Source of the DNA: an uncultured virus (IMG/VR IMGVR_UViG_2821929668_000003)
Taxonomy: Duplodnaviria > Heunggongvirae > Uroviricota > Caudoviricetes
Virus record (IMG/VR): IMGVR_UViG_2821929668_000003
Span: 1-64,000 of that record
Strand: one strand, 5' to 3'
DNA length: 64,000 bases
Shown here: positions 42,203 through 52,388 of the stretch, piece after piece
How the letters are laid out: each line of letters opens with the position of its first letter
How positions within the stretch are numbered: the first letter of the stretch is position 1
Position numbers and translations under genes: made by a program
Notes under the pieces: generated by a model
Seen by the model: only the letters and a program-made list of their open reading frames with translations
What the model was told of the DNA's origin: nothing
The model's database searches: none

Positions 42203-43021
42203 TTATTCCCCCTTCTTAAAATTTCGCAATCTATAATTATCACCAAACATTTCTAGCGTTTCTGCGTTTTCCATCATTCTGCTGAAATCACGTTCTCCAT
42301 ACATTTCTGCTAATTGATCTACACTAAAATTTGTTGTAAATAAAGTACTTTTACCTATTCGGCTATCTACAATTTCATTTGTCTTTGTCTGTTTCCAAGT
42401 GACACCTTCTTTATCTTTTTCTGTAAACTCTGCCCCAAAATCATCAATAATCAAAACATCCACTTTAGCGAGCAGTGACATAAGCTTGTCCTCTGTTAAA
42501 TCACTGTTTTTATTCCATGTAGATTTTATTTTGGTAAATAACTTGTTCATTTGAATAAACATTGCGCTGTATCCACGTTTCATTAGTTCTTTAGTGGCTG
42601 CTACACATAAATGGCTTTTACCAACCCCGTAATCACCTGTAATAATCATGCTTGTTGGATCTTCTTTACTGTATGTAGAAACAAAGTCCATAATTGTCTT
42701 CTTTGCATCCGTTAAGTCCTTTGTAACTGGCATATAGTTGTCAAAAGTAGCCTTTTTCAATTTATCGTTGATTAGGCTGTTATCTGCGAATGAATCATAC
42801 AAGCTAACGACTTGGTTCCTCTTTTGTATTACGAGCGTTTCCTGGGCTAACTGCACGTCCTGAGGAGCAATTTCTTTACAATACCAGCAGTAAGTCCTGT
42901 TATTTTCATCAAGAAATTTTTTACGTCTGCATAAATCACATCTTTCATTTGCGACCTTTGGTAAAATCATATTTGTTGATGAAGCTACTATCTTTGCCAC
43001 CGACACTGCTACCGCTTGCAT
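42203..43021 (-). CDS. DnaC/IstB-like helicase loader ATPase
   Basis: GDYGVGKS, LIIDDFGAE, FTTN. Confidence 0.9.
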   Translation of the reverse strand: MQAVAVSVAKIVASSTNMILPKVANERCDLCRRKKFLDENNRTYCWYCKEIAPQDVQLAQETLVIQKRNQVVSLYDSFADNSLINDKLKKATFDNYMPVTKDLTDAKKTIMDFVSTYSKEDPTSMIITGDYGVGKSHLCVAATKELMKRGYSAMFIQMNKLFTKIKSTWNKNSDLTEDKLMSLLAKVDVLIIDDFGAEFTEKDKEGVTWKQTKTNEIVDSRIGKSTLFTTNFSVDQLAEMYGERDFSRMMENAETLEMFGDNYRLRNFKKGE

Positions 43022-43802
43022 TAGAACCCACTCCTTTTATTTTTTCGTTTAAGTATCCCTCGAATTTAGTACCGAATAACGTTTCTGGTCGTAAATACGG
43101 GTTCATGTTCGAATCTTTTAACCACTGTGCTGTTTTAATATCAATAACTCGTTTGAAATCATCTATAGTAAAACCGTCTTTATATCTAGCTTTGATTAAC
43201 GATCTGGTTTTCGCTGTTTTATGTTTAAAAGATTTCCCTACTTTTTCATTCAGATAAGAAACAATATTTTCATAAGGGATGCAGTCTTTTGAGCGTTCTT
43301 TTTGGTCAGAAGGCATATTATCTTTTAATGTAGTAATCTTTGTTGTAGTCTTTGTAGTAATCTCTGTTAAAGAATTTACTGTTTCGGTAAGTTCCATTTC
43401 ACCCAAAGGGGAATTTGGAATTTCCCCAAAGGTTAAAATCCATTTCACCCTTTCGGTAACTTCGGAAATGATTAACTTAATGTGATTTGTAGGAGCGCCG
43501 TTAAATTTGAACTTCTTCACTTCCACAAATCCTTTTTCGATTAGTATTTTGATAGCTCGATCGTACTGTTTAGGTGTAATTCGAATTTCATCTTTCCAAT
43601 CTTCACGGCTTTTAGCTAACCAAAACTCTCCGTTCTTTTTAACCCGCAACTTGCTTTTACCTTGTTCATTAGGCATGTACCAATAAACAATTTGACCTAA
43701 CAAAATTCCAGCAATTAAATCCTCTGTGATATCAACATAAGCGAGTCGCACCATATATCCGCTTCTTGCAAATGTTTCTAGTTGAAATATGTTACTACTC
43801 AT
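42945..43802 (-). CDS. Phage replisome organiser/initiator
   Basis: wHTH N-terminus, YLRPETLFGTKFEGYLN C-terminus, internal iteron-like repeats at 43380-43470. Confidence 0.85.
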   Translation of the reverse strand: MSSNIFQLETFARSGYMVRLAYVDITEDLIAGILLGQIVYWYMPNEQGKSKLRVKKNGEFWLAKSREDWKDEIRITPKQYDRAIKILIEKGFVEVKKFKFNGAPTNHIKLIISEVTERVKWILTFGEIPNSPLGEMELTETVNSLTEITTKTTTKITTLKDNMPSDQKERSKDCIPYENIVSYLNEKVGKSFKHKTAKTRSLIKARYKDGFTIDDFKRVIDIKTAQWLKDSNMNPYLRPETLFGTKFEGYLNEKIKGVGSNASGSSVGGKDSSFINKYDFTKGRK

Positions 43803-44048
43803 TTAGTTCACCTTCTTCATCCAACATTCGTAGCTGACATTGTCCGCGTATCCGATTGTTCTAAATTCATGCTTTCCTTGAAAACTTCTGCCGCTTTGCT
43901 CATAAAACTTACCGCTTTTATATACCGTTTTGATTTGTGTTACGTAGTCATAACCTCGTTTTTCTAAATCTCTAACTGCTATTAACATTTCTTTCATTGA
44001 TCCACGTCTTACTGGCACTTGAAACATCAAATCACGTCCCTTTCGCAT
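43803..44048 (-). CDS. Hypothetical phage protein
   Basis: Operon ORF. Confidence 0.6.
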   Translation of the reverse strand: MRKGRDLMFQVPVRRGSMKEMLIAVRDLEKRGYDYVTQIKTVYKSGKFYEQSGRSFQGKHEFRTIGYADNVSYECWMKKVN

Positions 44049-44203
44049 ACCGCTATGTCGCCTTGAATTTTGATTATTTTGTATCCTGGGTAGCGATCGG
44101 GAGTAATGTACTCAATCGCTTTTGCCTTTGCTTCTTTTTCGTTTCGTGCGCCCTTCCACACCCATGAAGGAAGAACGACTTTCAATTGATTTTTATCTAA
44201 CAT
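44027..44203 (-). CDS. 58-aa hypothetical phage protein
   Basis: AGGAG RBS; MLDKNQLKVVLPSWVW... Confidence 0.55.
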   Translation of the reverse strand: MLDKNQLKVVLPSWVWKGARNEKEAKAKAIEYITPDRYPGYKIIKIQGDIAVCERDVI

Positions 44204-44215
44204 AGGTTTTCGCTC

Positions 44216-45007
44216 CTAACTAAGTATTTGAGAGTAATGAATTACTTTTGTTAATCGCTTCGTTTGTCTGCAATAAGCGCATTTTTCACATCTATTAGGC
44301 TCATCCATTCCATGTTTCACTGATAAAACACGAGGCAAGTTCTCTTCAACTTCATCTAATTCCAGTTGGATGATTTCGTCATCGAAGTTAATCACTGCTT
44401 TATCAGGATGTTTTTCCTTTGATACCGCTACAATGAATGGTTCTAACCAGTTTTCTCTTCCAGACCATCGTTTTTCCAACTCGGCATATACTGCCATTTG
44501 AATTGTGTATCCGTAAGCTTCAACAAATGAGCAATATCCGTATTCATCTGTCCAAACCTTGTCGTATATGGACTTAACTGTCTTTAAATCAACGAATCTT
44601 CCATTGATAGGGTTATATACATCTAGTTTCGATTTCCAATGTGTACCGAATAGTTCGGCTGTTATGATGATTTCTTTTTCGCCTTCTAGAGCAAACATGC
44701 ACAAACCATCATCTTTCAGAGTTTCAATCATCAAATCTGCGTTTTTATATTGAGAGTAAAGTTCTCCGCTTCTTGTAAAGAGAGAAGGAGTCTTCTCTTT
44801 AAACTGATCAAGCGCTCCTTCTAACCAAGCATGAACATATGAACCAAGTAACAAGCTCTCATTATGTTCCTCTTGCCATTCACCTTTTAACTTCGCAAGT
44901 GCTGCCGCTTCACATTTTCGAAAGGCTTTATATTGACTGACTGACATGTATTGCATATCCGCTTCTTGTGAGTAGTAATTTTCATCATTCAGTTGTAGAA
45001 GGTTCAT
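44216..45007 (-). CDS. PD-(D/E)XK exonuclease (RecE/DUF3799-like)
   Basis: SVSQYK, GSYVH, KLD..VDLKT, Y..QMAVY. Confidence 0.85.
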   Translation of the reverse strand: MNLLQLNDENYYSQEADMQYMSVSQYKAFRKCEAAALAKLKGEWQEEHNESLLLGSYVHAWLEGALDQFKEKTPSLFTRSGELYSQYKNADLMIETLKDDGLCMFALEGEKEIIITAELFGTHWKSKLDVYNPINGRFVDLKTVKSIYDKVWTDEYGYCSFVEAYGYTIQMAVYAELEKRWSGRENWLEPFIVAVSKEKHPDKAVINFDDEIIQLELDEVEENLPRVLSVKHGMDEPNRCEKCAYCRQTKRLTKVIHYSQILS

Positions 45008-45839
45008 CTTTTACACCCTCTGCTTGTTGGAATTGAGCTTCTAAATTCGATTTAACTGGACTTGTCTTCTTTGTATCGAAAAAGTCTTCTTTTTTACCTA
45101 CACCTTCACGAATTGAAGTGTAAATGCGCCCTAATTTCACGAAGTCATGTTCTGTAAAAGCATCTATGTTTAATTGGAATGAGTCTTCAATCATTTCCTT
45201 CGTAACACCAAACTCTTTTTTGAATGCATCCAACGCTTTACGCAAGCGGTCTTCTAGTGGTTCTTTCTGGCCATTCACTAAAGCGTCATTACATTTTTGT
45301 ACAGCTGCATCAACGATATCTCCTGGAATAATCCCTAAGATACAAGCTCGCATTCTTCGTGTTCCCATATTTGCTGTTAATTCGTAAACATCTCGACTAT
45401 CAGTTAATTTATTTGTTTTCCCTTTTGCTTTTCGTTCGTGTTTAACAGTGAATATTTTCGTTTGGCGCGTGTTTGTTTCAAGATCCCACGCATAAGCCAT
45501 CATGGATGATTCGCCGTCTTTTTGATCTAACTCGATAATCCCGTAATCAATGTTTCCCCAATTCCTTGCGATTACTTCAGCAAGTCTGATCGATGGCCCT
45601 TGAACCTTTTGCCCACCTTTTGGATATTGATACACCGCGTTTTCAGCAACTAGTTTACGTTCGCACTCTTTCATGATTCTTTGAAATGCATCATACGTGT
45701 CTCTAGGGAAGTTTTTCGCTACATACATAGCCATTTGTATCTCTTGCGCTTGGCGACTCACCATAGCTTCAGTAGTGACGTTTTTTGCCTCTGGTTTAGG
45801 CATATATTCCGAGTAATCTATATTTGATAATCCGTTCAT
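44985..45839 (-). CDS. Probable single-strand annealing recombinase partner
   Basis: Upstream of the exonuclease; GPSIRLAE motif. Confidence 0.6.
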   Translation of the reverse strand: MNGLSNIDYSEYMPKPEAKNVTTEAMVSRQAQEIQMAMYVAKNFPRDTYDAFQRIMKECERKLVAENAVYQYPKGGQKVQGPSIRLAEVIARNWGNIDYGIIELDQKDGESSMMAYAWDLETNTRQTKIFTVKHERKAKGKTNKLTDSRDVYELTANMGTRRMRACILGIIPGDIVDAAVQKCNDALVNGQKEPLEDRLRKALDAFKKEFGVTKEMIEDSFQLNIDAFTEHDFVKLGRIYTSIREGVGKKEDFFDTKKTSPVKSNLEAQFQQAEGVKDEPSTTE

Positions 45840-45857
45840 TATTAATCTCTCCTTTTA

Positions 45858-46043
45858 TTAAAATGGTGCTAATTCAGTTTGTTTACTAGCTTCATATACT
45901 TCTTGTAACGCTTGTAATCCGTATTCATAAGCCACAACCATCGATGCAGCGTTAGGTTCGTTACTTTGCTTATATCGTTCAACTAAACTCATTAGAATTT
46001 GAATTTCAGTTTCAATTTTGTTTTGTAGGCCCATATTATTCAC
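45858..46043 (-). CDS. Hypothetical phage protein
   Basis: Operon ORF. Confidence 0.55.
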   Translation of the reverse strand: MNNMGLQNKIETEIQILMSLVERYKQSNEPNAASMVVAYEYGLQALQEVYEASKQTELAPF

Positions 46044-46590
46044 CTGCTACTTTCTCTTTAGAATGAGACTTTACATATTGCCAAACATATCCACCGCTTT
46101 GTCTTAATTCTCCGAGGCATGCTCTACGAATATGTTGACTCCATACCCCAGTTTCACGTTCAGCTTCTCCAGCAGATTCAAATTTTGCTAATACTACACC
46201 TGTTACTTTATCTATCTGTAATACCGCTTTTGGTTCAGCGCTTCTCATTTTCTTTTTGATACTTATCAATCTGTTATCATAGGCGTGTTTTACATTCTCT
46301 GCATTTGTAGCCCATTCTAAGTTTGTGTAGATGTTGTTCCCTTTATTTCCGTCTTTATGATTAACCAAAGGCTTATTTTCCGTATTTTTAACAAATGCTA
46401 AAGCTACCAATCTGTGTATAGATACTGTCTTCTCATTTCCTTCCATTACTAACTTGATTTTTTTATATCCGTTCCATTCAAAAGGCTTCAGAATTCTATG
46501 TTTCTTAAATTTAATTGACTTTACATTTCCTTTATTTGAAATCTCATAATGACCTTCGTAACCGTTAATTGGCTTCCACTGTTCTTTCAT
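46036..46590 (-). CDS. NUMOD4-HNH homing endonuclease
   Basis: WKPI.GYEG.YEISN.G, HRLVA, VNHKDGNK.NN..NLEW, C-terminal NUMOD1-like domain. Confidence 0.9.
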   Translation of the reverse strand: MKEQWKPINGYEGHYEISNKGNVKSIKFKKHRILKPFEWNGYKKIKLVMEGNEKTVSIHRLVALAFVKNTENKPLVNHKDGNKGNNIYTNLEWATNAENVKHAYDNRLISIKKKMRSAEPKAVLQIDKVTGVVLAKFESAGEAERETGVWSQHIRRACLGELRQSGGYVWQYVKSHSKEKVAGE

Positions 46591-46781
46591 TCTCCAGCCA
46601 CCATCCTTCTTGCATGTCTTTCTAAAAATCCAGAAGCACATTCCTCACAAATGAGTGATCCTTCGAATTTGTAATAAGTCATCCCGAAATATAGCTCACC
46701 ATCACAGTCTTCACATTCTTCAATGAAGTCTCTTGCTGATGAATCATGATGATTCCCGTAAGTAATCGGATTTTCAATCAT
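46587..46781 (-). CDS. Zinc-finger phage protein
   Basis: CEDC...CEEC. Confidence 0.65.
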   Translation of the reverse strand: MIENPITYGNHHDSSARDFIEECEDCDGELYFGMTYYKFEGSLICEECASGFLERHARRMVAGE

Positions 46782-47174
46782 TTTTTACATTCCTCCTTAT
46801 TTACTGAGAGAAAACTTATGGTATAATAGAGGTAGCTAATTTTAGGGAATGTTTTCTCTACAGTGCTCGTTGCCATCGAGCATTTTTTATTTTTCAATAT
46901 CTAACTTTCTGAAAGTTTGTTAAAATTTAGTTGCCGATATGTGTAACAACTGGCCTGTGCTTCTGTACAGGTCTTTTATTATGCTAGTTTTTAGCTAGCG
47001 GATGCATTGTTCTCAACCTTTCTGATGCTTTCACGCATCGGAATATCCAGGAACCCATTTACTAGGTGGGGGATACCGTTAAGTTCCCTAATATTCCGAC
47101 AGGCGAAGGCTTGTCTTATCCTTGTAGGATTTCCCTCCTTTTTGTCGAATTAGTTAGACGAAAGGAGGTGCAAC

Positions 47175-47783
47175 ATGGCAGAAGTTAAAGTAGGACTCAC
47201 ACAATTTTTAGACTTCACACTGAAAGGTAGTGCAGCTAAAACTAACTTTGTAAAAAATCTAAAATCTCAACCTGATTATCACCCCACTTTCGATTTCTGG
47301 AAGCAATTACGGGACACAATTATTAAATTTCATCAAAAAGATTTACCTTTTGAATGTTTCGAAACATTAGTACAAACTGTTGATCAAAGGAAAAAACAGA
47401 ACTATATAGATGTAATCAAACAGTACAAAAAATTTATAAAGAACAAAGATATCACTTGGTTCGATCCTGGTAAATCCAACTGGATATCAGATGATTTAGT
47501 CGTTCGCTCATCTCCTGAACTTGGATTGCTTATCAACGATGAGCCGCATCTTATCAAACTATACTTCAAAGGAAAAAAGGAACGAATTGATAGATACAAC
47601 ATCAACTCAACACTGACATTACTAAACAAATCAACATTCTCAATCCATCATGAAAATGTAAATTACACAGTCCTTAACATCCAAAAGAACAGAACATATA
47701 CAAATAATTCCATTAGTAATGACTATTTAATAGCGCTTGAGTCAGAAGCTAACCAGCTTTGTTACATATGGAACAAGATGTAA
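47175..47783 (+). CDS. Hypothetical moron protein antisense to the early operon
   Basis: AAGGAGGTG RBS, 202-aa ORF, TGTCGAA box upstream. Confidence 0.75.
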   Translation: MAEVKVGLTQFLDFTLKGSAAKTNFVKNLKSQPDYHPTFDFWKQLRDTIIKFHQKDLPFECFETLVQTVDQRKKQNYIDVIKQYKKFIKNKDITWFDPGKSNWISDDLVVRSSPELGLLINDEPHLIKLYFKGKKERIDRYNINSTLTLLNKSTFSIHHENVNYTVLNIQKNRTYTNNSISNDYLIALESEANQLCYIWNKM

Positions 47784-48212
47784 AAGTACTAGTTATTAAT
47801 TTCATTACCTAGCTCGTTCATAATTTGAGCACATTTTTCACAAATCCAATTAGTTTCGCTTAATTGAAGCTCACCTTCATTTTCCTCACAAACAATGCAA
47901 GGTGGGCATTGTTTTAAAAATATTGTTTTTAACCATTCCAACATCTTTATTCCCCTCTCTATTTAGCTAGAGTGATAAACTCCTTATGCATTTCCTCAAC
48001 CTTATCTGCGCTGTCATATACACCCTTAGTCCTTAAATCCTTTATGATCCACAAGATTTTCTTTCGTTCGTATTCATCTCGCTGCTGTTTATCCATTACT
48101 GTTCATCCTTCATAAACCTTTTGTCTATCCTATCCATCAAATAAATGAATCCTGCTGCTCCGATAACTAGAACCAATATCATGAAATGTGAGAATATGCT
48201 TTCTTCCATCAT

Positions 48213-49016
48213 TTAAACCGCCTCCCTATCCATTTCCGGAATAATTCCGCGTTTCGTTAGGAGTTCATGGATGAAGAGCCTTCCCTTTTGCGTCCAACGA
48301 GTATTCATTTTTACTGATCGACTACCATCCGAATGTGTTACATCGACGGTCTGTGATTTTGTATATCCTTTATTTTGGTGTTTTGAGTAAAGTAACCATT
48401 GGTTGTTTACTTTGTACTGCACTTTTTCATCATTCAGGATTTTATTAAGCTTCATTGCTGATAATCCGTAATCCGCTGCAACTTGTGAGACTGTTACTGT
48501 ATCTTGCGATTGAAGAATTTGATCTAGGTATGTAATCTTTGATGCGTTTTCTGCAATCTGTTGTGTTAACATGAGATTCTTTTGCTCAGCAACCTGTCTT
48601 GCTTTTTGTTCCTGCTTGAGTTGTGATGCAAGACCGATAATTAAGTCTGGATCTTGAAGTAGAGCATTAATTGTGTTTAGTGTCATGTATGCTCCGTGTT
48701 TTCTAATAGAAGGAAGTACTTCACTTGTTACCCACTTGCGGAAGTTCTTCGCTTTCTCTGTTTCTGATTCGAAAATCAGCTCATACAATCCATCTTCGGT
48801 AATATACGGTTGTCCATCGTGGACAACTACTGATATATCAGCTTTTTGGATAACTTTCTCTATACGATCTTTTCTAAGGTACATTCTCCCTTTCGCCACT
48901 TTCGTATATCCAAGTGACCATGCTGCGTTTTCAAGATTAAACATTTCCTTACGGTTTACTTGAATAACTTCTAATGATCCAAATTCCTGATGGTTAAAAA
49001 CTTGTAATTGATTCAT
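48213..49016 (-). CDS. Phage antirepressor (Bro-N + KilA-C)
   Basis: FRKWVTSEVLPSIRKHGAY, WTQKGRLFI. Confidence 0.9.
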   Translation of the reverse strand: MNQLQVFNHQEFGSLEVIQVNRKEMFNLENAAWSLGYTKVAKGRMYLRKDRIEKVIQKADISVVVHDGQPYITEDGLYELIFESETEKAKNFRKWVTSEVLPSIRKHGAYMTLNTINALLQDPDLIIGLASQLKQEQKARQVAEQKNLMLTQQIAENASKITYLDQILQSQDTVTVSQVAADYGLSAMKLNKILNDEKVQYKVNNQWLLYSKHQNKGYTKSQTVDVTHSDGSRSVKMNTRWTQKGRLFIHELLTKRGIIPEMDREAV

Positions 49017-49033
49017 TTTCTTTCCTCCTTTAT

Positions 49034-49255
49034 TCAAATGATAAATTTTTTATCGTCAAATACCAAAAAATAATCAGGAAACAATTCTTTAACACTTATG
49101 TTAAATACATCCTGATACTTAACCATTATATCTGATCTCGGTATATATCCACTTTCAATTTTACGCACATAAATCGTTGATATACCAACCTTTTCAGCTA
49201 ATTGTTTTTGTGTGAATTTCATCTTTTTCCTTTCGTTTCTTAAGATGTTATTCAT
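49034..49255 (-). CDS. Cro-like XRE regulator
   Basis: TQKQLAEKVGIS..KIESG; divergent from the repressor. Confidence 0.85.
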   Translation of the reverse strand: MNNILRNERKKMKFTQKQLAEKVGISTIYVRKIESGYIPRSDIMVKYQDVFNISVKELFPDYFLVFDDKKFII

Positions 49256-49389
49256 TTAACCACCTTCCATTCCAACTCGCGTTTCTTTGTTGACTTCAGT
49301 ATAAATGATAAATTTTTTATCGTCAACGTATTTTATAAATTTTTTATCATTTTTTACGAAAAAGGGTTTAAAGTGATAAAATTTGTATC
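49040..49389. promoter_or_regulatory. Four repressor operators GATAAA-N3-TTTATC
   Basis: 49040-49054, 49307-49321, 49334-49348, 49375-49389. Confidence 0.75.
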
Positions 49390-49430
49390 TATAATGTAAT
49401 TAAGGATTTACCGAGAGGGGAAAATTAAAA

Positions 49431-49772
49431 ATGACTTTTGGAGAGAAATTAAAACAACTGAGGGGCAAGCGTACACAAGGCGATGTAGCTAACCTGTTAA
49501 ATATATCAAGAGCAACATACTCACATTTAGAAAATAATCGAATTGAGCCTAGTATGACTGTATTAAACTCTATTGCGGATTTATTTTGCGTTTCAACGGA
49601 TTACTTATTAGGGAGATCATCAGACCAACGTTTAACGGAAGAGCAAGACAAAACAGCTGATGAAATGGCTAAAAGATTTATGAAATTAGTGGCTGATCTC
49701 CCTAAAGAAGAGCAAGAAAACGCTTGGAAACAAGCAGCAATGTATGTGAATTTCACTAAAAATCAGAAATAA
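49431..49772 (+). CDS. CI-like XRE repressor
   Basis: TQGDVANLLNISRATYSHLENN, STDYLLG. Confidence 0.9.
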   Translation: MTFGEKLKQLRGKRTQGDVANLLNISRATYSHLENNRIEPSMTVLNSIADLFCVSTDYLLGRSSDQRLTEEQDKTADEMAKRFMKLVADLPKEEQENAWKQAAMYVNFTKNQK

Positions 49773-49799
49773 TGTTACATCTTAAAAGAAGCTAACTAC

Positions 49800-49934
49800 C
49801 TAGTTAGCTTCTTTTAATTTCTTTTCTGTATATGTATGGGAAGTGACTTCTCTTAAAACCTCTTCTGAGTTAGTCCCCTTGTTTTCTAAAAGCCACTTCA
49901 CCATTAATTCTCTTGCTAATTGTTCTTTTGTCAT
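49800..49934 (-). CDS. 44-aa ORF in the aimX position, convergent on the repressor
   Basis: GGAGG RBS; MTKEQLARELMVKWLLE...; shares bidirectional terminator 49782-49817. Confidence 0.55.
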   Translation of the reverse strand: MTKEQLARELMVKWLLENKGTNSEEVLREVTSHTYTEKKLKEAN

Positions 49935-50033
49935 CCCCAACATCCTCCAATATCTTCATAGTAGTTTGTGAATTGTTCACAATGATTCTATAAAACTTCA
50001 TTTTCAAAAATACAGAACTTCCTCAGAAAGCAC

Positions 50034-50069
50034 GAATGCGATTGCCCATTGATATAGGCAATCGCATTC
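50034..50069 (-). terminator. Hairpin between aimP and aimX
   Basis: GAATGCGATTGCC/GGCAATCGCATTC inverted repeat. Confidence 0.7.
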
Positions 50070-50086
50070 TAATTCATATATATCTA

Positions 50087-50236
50087 TTACAGGCCGCCGC
50101 CACCTGGGTCAACCATCATGCGTTGAACAGCAGTTTTTTGTGCGTCTTGTTTAGGTTCTTCTTTTTGTTTGTCAGCAGAGAAAGTGAACATTCCTGCCAT
50201 TAATAAAATAGGTAAAAGTACTAAAATCTTTTTCAA
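50087..50236 (-). CDS. aimP: Arbitrium pre-peptide AimP, 49 aa, ending MMVDPGGGGL
   Basis: TTG start, AGAGGTG RBS, signal peptide, C-terminal DPGG motif, directly after the AimR-like gene. Confidence 0.9.
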   Translation of the reverse strand: MKKILVLLPILLMAGMFTFSADKQKEEPKQDAQKTAVQRMMVDPGGGGL

Positions 50237-50275
50237 TCATTTCACCTCTTCTCTAAAGAGAATCATACCATTTTT

Positions 50276-51424
50276 TCAAGAATATCCCAAGTATCTTTTA
50301 GGCAATTGAGAATAAAAAATATTCCCTTTTTCCTCGAATATCTCCAGAGAGTCTTCCATTAGTTTACGATCATTGCGAGCAAGACCTAAATAAAACTTTT
50401 GAAACGCTGAAAGCCTCCCTTGCACTTTCAACAAATTCATCAATATGTCTTCTGCCTTTTTGTTATTCCCTAACTTTATTTCTAAATAGGCCTTTTCAGC
50501 AGGATGGACTTGCAAATTCCCTACCGGCTTGTCCCAATATATTTTTAGAAATACCATCGTTTGAAGAATAAGCTTCTTTTTAGCCTTTAAACGTTGATTA
50601 AATGGATCTCCTAAATTTTCTAATGATTCTTGCAGATATTTTAACGATTTTTTGTAATCACTGAAGATATATGACTCTCCGAGGTTACAAAAAGCATTTA
50701 CTCTCTGAATGTTAAATTGTGGATTTTCACCACATTGTTCAATTAACTTCAACGAAAACTCTCTACATTCATTCACATTACCGCGAAGTAAATGTATTGC
50801 AGAAAGTATTTCGATTATACGATGATTATAACTCGATTTAATAAACCGATTTTTTCTTACACTAATTTGTTTAACCCTCTCTTCTGCGATTTTTACATAA
50901 TTAAGGATAGATCTATAGTTTCCTGTATCATATAACAAATAACACATTAGTAAGTCGCACATGACACTGTTTTCTACATACTTTACTTTTTTACGAACAG
51001 CTTCTAACTGATTTAACAATTCCTCACCATTAAATCGTTCTAAACTTCTTTTATACAATATTTCATAGACAATGGCAGATTCACGATTTTTAGCATAGGA
51101 TGAACCCTTCTCCTTTTCAATCATCTTATATAACAATTCCAATTCTCCACAATAAGAAGTGTATTCTAAAGTCTCTCTAAAGCTTCCATAATCCTTTTCA
51201 GAATTCAAATTTATATACTCCATTATCATCTTTCTTCTAAGATCATGATTATCATTATATGCACACATAAGTGCGCCAGAAAATTGATAAAATTTCATAT
51301 CCCTTTTACCGCTAAAAGTCTCTGATATTGTACTTTTGCCAACTTGTAATTGTTTGGCTAATTCCCCATCAGTTATACCTATTGCAAATAAATCATCATG
51401 AAGCTTATTTAATAATCTTTTCAC
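50276..51424 (-). CDS. aimR: Arbitrium receptor AimR (HTH + TPR, RRNPP)
   Basis: N-terminal HTH, NLGESY TPR motif, SAFQ.FYLG; GTG start with AGGAGG RBS. Confidence 0.88.
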   Translation of the reverse strand: MKRLLNKLHDDLFAIGITDGELAKQLQVGKSTISETFSGKRDMKFYQFSGALMCAYNDNHDLRRKMIMEYINLNSEKDYGSFRETLEYTSYCGELELLYKMIEKEKGSSYAKNRESAIVYEILYKRSLERFNGEELLNQLEAVRKKVKYVENSVMCDLLMCYLLYDTGNYRSILNYVKIAEERVKQISVRKNRFIKSSYNHRIIEILSAIHLLRGNVNECREFSLKLIEQCGENPQFNIQRVNAFCNLGESYIFSDYKKSLKYLQESLENLGDPFNQRLKAKKKLILQTMVFLKIYWDKPVGNLQVHPAEKAYLEIKLGNNKKAEDILMNLLKVQGRLSAFQKFYLGLARNDRKLMEDSLEIFEEKGNIFYSQLPKRYLGYS

Positions 51425-51525
51425 TGTGTTGCTCCTCCTTGCTGGAACAAAAGACACGTTATACCCAATTCGTTACGTTTAAGGAAAACGCGTCACTACA
51501 TTCAAAAGATGTGTTATAATTTATG

Positions 51526-51617
51526 TAAGACTTGCAGTAAGTGTTTTCCCTAGCTGGCTTAGGGAAAACGGTTTAAGAGTGTTAGCGCACTACTTATACA
51601 CGCTGTGAGTCTTTTTT
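51526..51617 (+). ncRNA. ~90-nt three-way-junction RNA antisense to the aimR leader
   Basis: TGTTATAAT promoter, closing stem AAGACTTGCAG/CTGTGAGTCTT (G-U on plus strand), two inner hairpins, T-run. Confidence 0.6.
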
Positions 51618-51761
51618 ACGTCCGTATATTTTATTATTTTCATAATATCATATTTTTCCTAAAATTCAGTCGTGTGGTTATCAGAAAAATGTTGAGAAAG
51701 TTTGAAAATAGCTGTATATCAATGCTTACGGATAAGGATACGCAATAGTGCATCTTTCTGT

Positions 51762-52388
51762 ATGAAATACCCAGGTGTATATGTTGATGATAAAGGGAAT
51801 TTCTTTTATCAATCAGAAGTTGGTATTGATCGGATTACAGGAAAACGAATACGAAAAAAAGGAAGAGAAGACGTTAATGGAAAGCCCTTTTCTTCCGCAT
51901 TCGAAGCTAACAAAGAGTTAATTCGATTAAAAAGAGAGTATCATAAAGTTAACAGTTACGCTAATTATAAAATGACTTACGAGCAATTTATGAATAATGT
52001 GTATATACCTTACTATCAAACAGAAGTTGAAGAAAGTGACTTTGTGTTTAGCTACAATGGGCTACCAATGATTAAATCAACGATAGGTCGAATTATTGAA
52101 CGATATTCCAAACTTGCAGGAGTGAAGAAGATACAAGCGAAGGGATTGCGTCATTCTCATGCTTCATTTCTTATCAATGAATTCAAAGTATCGGTGCTCG
52201 TTTTATCTCAACGTATGGGACATTCAAGTCCAGAGATTACTTTAAAACACTATGCTCATATGTGGAGCGGTGCTGATACTGTAATAGCTGATGCAATGAC
52301 TGGAAATATTGAAATCAAAACGGCTGAACGGACACAAATTAAATTTAATGGTAATCAAGCATTAAAGAAAAGTAATGTAAGAGGGTAA
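51762..52388 (+). pseudogene. Tyrosine integrase with large internal deletion
   Basis: Arm-binding N-terminus fused directly to LRHSHAS...MGH...Y catalytic end; core-binding domain and first catalytic Arg missing. Confidence 0.8.
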
